A stretch of 61,239 bases of DNA, counting the filler, from Pirum gemmata (Eukaryota), in NCBI GenBank assembly GCA_002812295.1. It is 16 parts of 16 records of this genome, joined end to end, with 100 filler letters (N's around TTAATTAATTAA, not from the genome) between each part and the next. Parts side by side here need not be neighbours in the genome. Positions count along the whole stretch, not along the records: positions 53,792 to 57,465 come from PDIN01002117.1; positions 57,566 to 61,239 come from PDIN01002118.1; 14 more parts are not named here. One strand, given 5' to 3'. The notes under the pieces are model-generated. The model did no database searches and was not told the origin of the DNA. It was given only the letters and a program-made list of their open reading frames with translations. Of the stretch, positions 53,846-61,239 are shown one piece after another (position 1 is the first letter of the stretch; each line of letters begins with the position of its first letter). The position numbers were made by a program, and so were the translations under genes.

Positions 53846-53913
53846 GTAATGCAGTTGGTGCTGGTTGGTCTTGATTTTGTTGGTCGTATTTTTCATAATG
53901 AACGCTATTACAG
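53846..53913 (+). CDS. Probable exon of the beta-lactamase-family protein (5' boundary uncertain)
   Basis: ...GLDFVGRIFHNERYY-AG|gtaaat; the phase joins exon 55188 to give YYSKGG. Confidence 0.55.
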
Positions 53914-54056
53914 GTAAATTACAAATTGTACATTTTCCCAACTTATTAATACATTAATACATTTGAATATCAATACACAAAAAAAGAACAAGAGCTTAAT
54001 CATTTGCTTTTCTATCTATCATTATATAGTTTATTCTTGCATATACCTACTACCAT

Positions 54057-54094
<38 letters not shown>

Positions 54095-54119
54095 TTATTA
54101 TTATTACTACTATTACTAT

Positions 54120-54164
<45 letters not shown>

Positions 54165-54208
54165 GACTTTATTGCTTATTGCTTATCTATTGTTTATTGC
54201 TTCGTTAA

Positions 54209-55133
54209 AAGGATAAGGATAAGGATAAGGATAAGGATAAGGATAAAGATAAGATAAAGATTAAGGATAAGGATAAGGATAAGGATTTAAGGATGATGAT
54301 AAGGGTAAGGATAAGCAATTAAGGATAAGCAATTAAGGATAAGCAATTAAGGATAGGCAATTAAGGATAAGGAATTAAGGAATTAATGAATTAAGGAATT
54401 AAGGAATTAAGTATAAGGATAAAGATAAAGATAAAGATTAAGGATAACGATAAGGGTAATGATTTAAGGATAAGGATAAGGATTAGGATAAGAATAAGAA
54501 ATTAAGGATAAGGGATTAAGGATAAGGAATTAAGGAATTAAGGAATTAAGGAATTAAGGAATTAAGGAATTAAGGAATTAAGGAATTATGGAATTAAGGA
54601 TAAGGATAAGGATAAAGAAAAAGAAAAAGATAAAGATTAAGATTAAGGATAAGGATAAGGATAAAGGTTTAAGGAAAAGGATAAGGATAAGGATAAGGAT
54701 AAGGATAAAGGTTTAAGGAAAAAGATATGGATAAGGATAAGGATAAGAAATTAAGGATAAGGGATTAAGGATAAGGAATTAAGGAATTAAGGAATTAAGG
54801 AATTAAGGAATTAAGGAATTAAGGACAAGCATAAAGAAAAATATTAAGATCGAGGATAAGGATAAGGATAAGGATAAGGATAAGGATAAGGATAAGGAAT
54901 CAAGGATAAGAATAAGAATAAGAATAAGGACAAGGATAAGGATAAAGATAAAGATAAAGATAAAGATAAAGATAAAGATAAAGATAAAGATTACTTTTAT
55001 AAGGATAAGGATAAGGATAAGGAATTAAGAATAAGGATAAAGAATCAAGAATAAGGATAAGAATAAGAATAAGAATAAGAATAAGAATAAGAATGATAAT
55101 GATAATGATAAGGATAAGGATAAGGATAAGGAT
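54209..55133 (+). repeat. Intronic (AAGGAT)n/(AAGGAATT)n satellite
   Basis: About 920 bp of 6-8-mer variants within the inferred intron 53914-55187. Confidence 0.9.
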
Positions 55134-55187
55134 TAATTAACCCTAACCCTTTTAATAATAATGTTTATTATTATTACCCTATTATAG

Positions 55188-55345
55188 CAAAGGTGGGGCT
55201 ACAGCTGTTCAATCTAGTTGTCAAAGTTGGTTACCAGGAAAACAAATTGGAATTTCGATGCTTTTCACTGGTATGCCTGCGGTTTTCGATTTTAATACTT
55301 TTTATCCAGTAGCCATAAGAAATTACGTACTAGGCCTTGCAGCAG
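55188..55345 (+). CDS. Exon of a serine hydrolase/beta-lactamase-family protein
   Basis: KGGATAVQSSCQSWLPGKQIGISMLFTG fits the family C-terminal (H/K)xGG...PxxxxGIxxL pattern; AG and GT boundaries. Confidence 0.7.
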
Positions 55346-55605
55346 GTTTGTTGTTTATTTATTTCTTTCTTTCTTTTATTTATTTATGAAATTACATATT
55401 TATTTTTTTTATTTTAAATTATTTTTATATTTATATATTTATTTATATATTTATTTATTTCTTTATTTATTTTATTTATTTATTTAGTTATTTCTTTAGT
55501 TATTTCTTTAGTTATTTATTTATTTATTCATTTATTTAATTATTTATTTAATTATTTATTACTATAAATAATAACAATAATGATAATAATTATAATCGTG
55601 TATAG

Positions 55606-55976
55606 GAATAAGCGAAGACACACTTAATAATACTTACAATCATTATATGAACACCCTCTCGAAAAAGATTGATTTAAGTAAGTGTAATGCAGAAGTTAAC
55701 CTTGTTAAAAAGTTAGATCACCCACGTGATTCTTTTAAGGGTGTGTATGAACATAAATATTACGGTAAAGGCAAAGTTTTTGTTGAGGAAGAGGATAAGT
55801 TAAGGTTTAAGTATGGAGTAGCTGAATCAGAAATGATATATGTTGGTAATTTAACTTTTTCTGTGAATATGCTGGAGACTGAAGTGATTGTGATTTTTAA
55901 TGAAGACTTTAGCGAGTTAACTTTATATCAACATTGGGCTAAAACTGGAGTGAAATTATCAAGAAAATGTGCTTAA
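55606..55976 (+). CDS. Last exon encoding a DUF3471-like C-terminal domain
   Basis: LDHPRDSFKGVYEHKYYGKGKV...LRFKYG; splices in frame from 55345. Confidence 0.75.
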
Positions 55977-56045
55977 TCTAATAGATTATAGGCTGAAATG
56001 TAAATGTAAATAAGATAAAAGATAATAATAGATGATGATAACACA

Positions 56046-56730
56046 CATATGAACAGAAATATTACCGTAAAAGCAAACATTTTGAAGGGTTAGATTTAGG
56101 GTTAGGGTTAGGGTTCGGGTTAGGGTTAGGGTTCGGGTTAGGGTTAGATTTAGGGTTAGGGTTAGGGTTAGGGTTAGGGTTAGGGTTAGGGTTAGGGTTA
56201 GGGTTAGGGTTAGGGTTAGGGTTAGGGTTAGGGTTAGGGTTAGGGGGGNNNNNNNNNNNNNNNNNNNNNNNNNNNNNNNNNNNNNNNNNNNNNNNNNNNN
56301 NNNTAGGGTTAGGGTTAGGGTTAGGGTTAGGGTTAGGGTTAGGGTTAGGGTTAGGGTTAGGGTTAGGGTTAGGGTTAGGGTTAGGGTTAGGGTTAGGGTT
56401 AGGGTTAGGGTAAGATAAATTAAGGTTTAAATATGGGGTAGCAGAATCAGAAATGATTTATGTTGGTAATTTGACTTCTTCTGTAAATATGCCGGGGGGC
56501 TGAAGTGAGTGTGATTTTTAATAAAGACTTTAGCAAGTTAACTTTGCATCTACATTGGCCTAAAACTGGTTGGTGTTAGGTTGTTAAGAAAATGTGATAG
56601 GGTTAGAGTCAGGGTTAGGGGTTAGGGTTAGGGCTAGGGTTAGGGGTTAGGGTTACGGCTAGGGTTAGGGGTTAGGGTATGGGCTGAAATGTAATTGTAA
56701 ATAAGATATAAGATAATAATAAAGATAATA
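56046..56730 (+). pseudogene. Degenerate tandem duplicate of 55746-56030, interrupted by two TTAGGG arrays (about 56087-56411 and 56598-56680)
   Basis: Three non-telomeric pieces are colinear with the parent exon and its 3' flank. Confidence 0.85.
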
Positions 56731-56741
56731 TTAACAAATAG

Positions 56742-56974
56742 GGGATGCAGGAAAAACCATCGAATCGAGTCTAGTTCAAAACTTTCGAAATTTTTCAATC
56801 TAATTTTGAGTATTGACTCACTTTTGATTTCATTAAAAAATTCTTAAAGATTCTTAGAAATTTCATAGAAAAACTTGAAACTCAAAAAAAAAAAAAGAAT
56901 ATCGTTTCAAAATTGTCACTATTTCATAATTAGGATCGAGCTGTTTGATTTGATTATGTTTTCCCGTATCTCCC
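56742..56974. mobile_element. MITE family C, longer copy with apparent TAG TSD
   Basis: GGGATGCAGGAAAAACCAT...ATGTTTTCCCGTATCTCCC with TAG on both flanks. Confidence 0.7.
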
Positions 56975-57619
56975 TAGCGGAAAACGCTATCATAATCATA
57001 GCCGTCAGGATCACCCTCCAGGATATCACCCCCCCCCCCAACGAACCCAAAAGTAAAAAGTAAACTTGGTACCCCTTTGATTTTAATTTGGCGTGTTCAA
57101 AGTAAAAGTAGGGTGTTTTTTATTACAAACAAAGAAATGTTTAAAGATAGCATATTACTCGAATTGTGTCTCTATTATAACTAACATAAATAAAATAATT
57201 GGGTACTATCACTTTAAATTTTTTTTCCTTTTTTTTAGAACAACTATATTGAAAAATACGATAAAGTTTATATTATATATATATATATATATATGGAACC
57301 AGATTTGGGTCAACACAGGAGTAAATCAATCTGCCGGTCGTGTTACTTTCAAAAATCAACCCAGTATTTTTAACTTCTGCGCCTTTACCAACCTTTACGA
57401 GTTATACATAAAAAATCAAAACTCAGGCCGGTGTTATTTATAAATCATTTTCAACTCCTGTACCTNNNNNNNNNNNNNNNNNNNNNNNNNNNNNNNNNNN
57501 NNNNNNNNNTTAATTAATTAANNNNNNNNNNNNNNNNNNNNNNNNNNNNNNNNNNNNNNNNNNNNTAATAATGATAATAATGATAACAATAATAGTAAGT
57601 ACAACTACAACATTAACCA

Positions 57620-57820
57620 CTATTTTTGTTGAACATATGGAACATGAACAACTTGATTTTCAATATCCTTTAAAGTTTTCAAAAAGTGATCTACTGCAAT
57701 TTTCGGTAATTGGTTAGTCTTTAATTTTAATTCTAAGTCATCACTTATATCATTTAATAAACGAACATTGGTATCAACCAAGTTAATAAACCTAATATAT
57801 TCATCGTTAATCATGGTCAT
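57620..57820 (-). CDS. Possible small 66-aa helical protein
   Basis: AAAAAATG start context and non-repetitive amphipathic sequence; no recognised family. Confidence 0.4.
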   Translation of the reverse strand: MTMINDEYIRFINLVDTNVRLLNDISDDLELKLKTNQLPKIAVDHFLKTLKDIENQVVHVPYVQQK

Positions 57821-58293
57821 TTTTTTGTGTTATATTATAAAATATATCTTCTTTTTTCATAAAATAAAGATATATTTTATAAAAAATATATCTTCTTTTG
57901 TTTTATATCTTCATATATTTAATATTTATATATAGTATATACAATATATAATATATAAGTTGGCCTATTATTAACAACACCTATTGTGAAATACCCGATA
58001 TTGTTTATGATGTTACAGTGTCGGACAGCGTGTAAAGGTAAATTTATCCGTCCTAAACTTAACGGAAGTGGTAAAGGTTCAGGAATGTGAATATCGTTAA
58101 TAAATCAAGTTAATGATTCTTTTTATTCGTCTTTAAATTATACTTGCCCACCTCTAACTAATCTCGATTGCATTAATTAATAATGACATGTACATTATTA
58201 ATTTTATTATAAATAATATTATCTAATTTTTATTTTTAGAGATTGTAGCAAAATAATGTGTTATATTATATATAACCAATATAAGTCTAAAAT

Positions 58294-58827
58294 TTACAAT
58301 TTTTTTGCATCCTTCTCATCACAATTTTCAATGGTGTATACGTAAAAGTTATCAGTTTCAGAAGTAGCAATTTGGGTTGTGTTAGTTTCGGGAGATTTAT
58401 ACAATTTACATTCAACAAGATCTTCACGAGACACGAAGGAAAAAGCTACACAATCAGAAACACTCAAACACATGTAATGACAATAACCTTCAGAATCTAC
58501 GAATTCCAACAAGTTATCTTCAGTTTTAATTGGTGAACATTCGTAAGGTTTATCAGTTTCAGCGTGTTGCACACGACATTCAGTTTCTGTGCATTCTTTT
58601 TTGCAATTCGCTTTCATATATCCGATATTTTCATTCCCCTTTGCATATTGGCAATATCCATTCTCGACTCCTTTCTCACAAGAGAATTGGTGAAACATAT
58701 TACCAAAATTACACTCATCGTAGCAGTTTTCTACCATTAAGTTAAAATTAGGGGAAAAAGGATTGTTGTATACACAAAAATGGTTTTGCACCCCATATGC
58801 GCAATATTCCGGATTCATCGGATTCAT
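58294..58827 (-). CDS. Cys-rich protein with ShKT-like and PAN/apple-like modules (true start uncertain)
   Basis: CEKGVENGYC...GYMKANCKKEC (ShKT-like); SEGYCHYMCLSVSDCVAFSF...ECKLY (PAN-like). Confidence 0.7.
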   Translation of the reverse strand: MNPMNPEYCAYGVQNHFCVYNNPFSPNFNLMVENCYDECNFGNMFHQFSCEKGVENGYCQYAKGNENIGYMKANCKKECTETECRVQHAETDKPYECSPIKTEDNLLEFVDSEGYCHYMCLSVSDCVAFSFVSREDLVECKLYKSPETNTTQIATSETDNFYVYTIENCDEKDAKKL

Positions 58828-59123
58828 CGTGTTTTTTTTTTTTTTTGATTAGTTACTAGTTGCCACAAAAGCTTAGAGGTTTAATTGTTATAAAAGCTTA
58901 AAAGTTTATATATTTTAAAAAATATAATTATTATTATACAAAGAGTTCCTTTTTTATTATTATTATTTTAAAAAATAAACAATGATTATTTTCTTTTAAT
59001 TAATTTCTATTTTTTTTTTTTCTTCTTTCTTTCTTTTATATACTTTTGTGGCTTCAGTTTTAGCCTTATTATTATTAATATTTTTTCTAATTAATTAAAA
59101 TAACTATTTTTAATTTATCATAC

Positions 59124-59156
<33 letters not shown>

Positions 59157-59938
59157 CAATAATAACAATAATAATAATAATATCATTATTATTATTATTA
59201 TTATTTTCATTTTTTATTTTTTATTTTTTTACTTTTTTTTATGTTTTAGATTAATGTCAATACAAATACAAATACAAATACAAATACAAATACAAATACA
59301 AATACAAATATACAAATACAAATACAAATACAAATACAAATAGAAATACCAAATACCAAATACCAATACCAATACCAATACCAATACCAATTCCAATACC
59401 AATTCCAATACCAATTCCAATACCAACACCAATACCAATACCAATACTAATACCAATACAAGTACAAATACAAATGCAAATACAAAATTTAATAAATACA
59501 AATACAAATACAAATACAACATAAATTTCTATTTCATTTATAAATGAGTTTTAGTATGCATATTACACTAATGTCAAAAGAATCCTATAACAATGATATT
59601 TTGAACAGTACCAGTTGTAGTGTATAGTGGTATATAACTTAATTTATACTACGGGTATACTTAATTTAAAACAACGGATACCATAGTGGCAATATCTTAG
59701 TTATCATAGTATAATCTTATACTGATTTGATATATTATGGTAATTATTTTTATATGATTTAGATTTAATTTTGATATAATATATTATATTATATTATATA
59801 TAATAATTATATTAATATATACTATCATATTCAGCTGCAAATTGTTATATATTATGGCAAGCTATATATGAGTGTACGCAGTTAGGGTTAGAGTTAGAGT
59901 TAATTATAAGTATAGATTTTATATAATTATGTAGCTGG

Positions 59939-60145
59939 TATCGTGCTTTTCATTATTTTGTCGTCATAAAAATTTTAATATACAATAAATAGTACCAAAT
60001 TAATACAATATAAATCCATTTCATTTAATTTGGCATAATATTATTTTATTATATATTTATTTATTAAAAAAAGAATCAATTTAATTAAATATTATAAATA
60101 ACCAAATAAATATTCGGAGTGACAAAATAAATGAAAAGCACAGTA
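59939..60145 (-). mobile_element. Full-length MITE family A copy
   Basis: TATCGTGCTTTTCATTATTTTGTC...GACAAAATAAATGAAAAGCACAGTA. Confidence 0.88.
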
Positions 60146-60203
60146 TCACATGTCTGATAGACTATAGAATCATATAGACCTTAGGCGGAGGGGTTTATAC
60201 TTA

Positions 60204-60390
60204 GGAATCATCCATATAAAGGACGTCACCTAATCTTATAATACCTATGCCTCTTTGTTCAAAACATTTTTGGTCATAATTTTAAAGTTCATTTTAAAAT
60301 AATTAATTACTGCCTAAAACAGTTTAAAAGTTACACTTTCGAGCAATGACTTCTATCAAAGAATAAGTGACGTCATTTATGAATGTTCCC
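60204..60390. mobile_element. Second Zator-like MITE family, copy 2
   Basis: GGAATCATCCAT...GGACGTCAC to GTGACGTCATTTATGAATGTTCCC; flanks TTA/TTG. Confidence 0.8.
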
Positions 60391-61239
60391 TTGGTAAAAG
60401 TTTATTAGTAGTGTGTAGAAGGTGCAGACCTATCAGTGTAGTCTATGATATAACGCCGAAGAAACCCGACTAGATAAACTCTACATAGTATATATATAAT
60501 ATTATATTATTCAGCTCTATTCAAAATAACATTAATTGTATTTCTTTCTTTCTGATAAATATCAATAGGATGTTCTGCGATACAAGCTTAATAAGGCCTA
60601 GTTCTCACACGAAGTTCCACCTTGCACGTCATTATTGCCATCAACATAATTGTATATAATACATCACTATGATGTATAATTGACAATTATAAATACATTA
60701 TTATGATATATATAATATATATTAATACATTATTATTATATACATTATAAACTCGAGCTCGTCATAGGGTCTAATGATGTATATACTATTTATATAGTAT
60801 CATATTTTTATAATAGGTCTAGAATTCCTTATGATATTATGGAGCAACTGATAGGAGAAATTCCCTTCAATTCCCTATCAATTATTATATATAGTATCAT
60901 AATGTATGAGTGCATATCATTCTAATTCTAATGACCTATGATTTCATCGGGGAGCATCGGAAGATTCGGAACTACATCTAGTATCGGGATCATATGAGAA
61001 ATTTCAGAGGAGAAATTCCTCAGAGAAATTCCTGTTTTTTGTGGGATCAAACCAATAATATTTCATTTTTTTAAAAGCTTCTCTATTCCAATTTGTCAAA
61101 AATTCTCAAAAACCCAAATTTAAAAATAAAAAGATTGAAGTTTCTTTATTTAGTATATGAGGAAACCCCACTCAGTCCCCACTCACTCCCCCCCGCCCCC
61201 CCAAAGACAAGCCCTGAAAGTCCCTGAACTAATAGCTAG

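Overview
This window is AT-rich, microsatellite-rich eukaryotic DNA and is not one locus. It is 16 unrelated contigs/scaffolds of about 3.4-4.4 kb joined by 15 artificial 100-bp linkers (N44-TTAATTAATTAA-N44), so adjacency across linkers is meaningless. GT-AG introns, TTAGGG repeats, poly-N/Q proteins and RGS and Phactr/Bni4-type domains suggest a unicellular opisthokont-like protist (inference; organism not identified). Recognisable genes: two ZNF622/REI1 exons, a secreted Cys-repeat + vWD + EGF-like protein, an ankyrin-repeat protein, a Phactr/Bni4-type PP1-binding protein, an RGS protein with a split domain, three exons of a beta-lactamase-family/DUF3471 protein, a ShKT/PAN-like protein and several small secreted proteins. 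The most informative structure is non-coding or degenerate. It includes a likely Zator transposase 3' end with a matching MITE (3-bp TSD plus an empty site), a three-level nested insertion (poly(A) retroposon in a TGT...ACA element in a MITE), a degenerate ribonucleotide reductase small subunit, a fold-back with telomeric repeats in its arms, and many interstitial TTAGGG arrays, two of which interrupt a duplicated exon. All family assignments come from motif recognition by eye; no searches were run.
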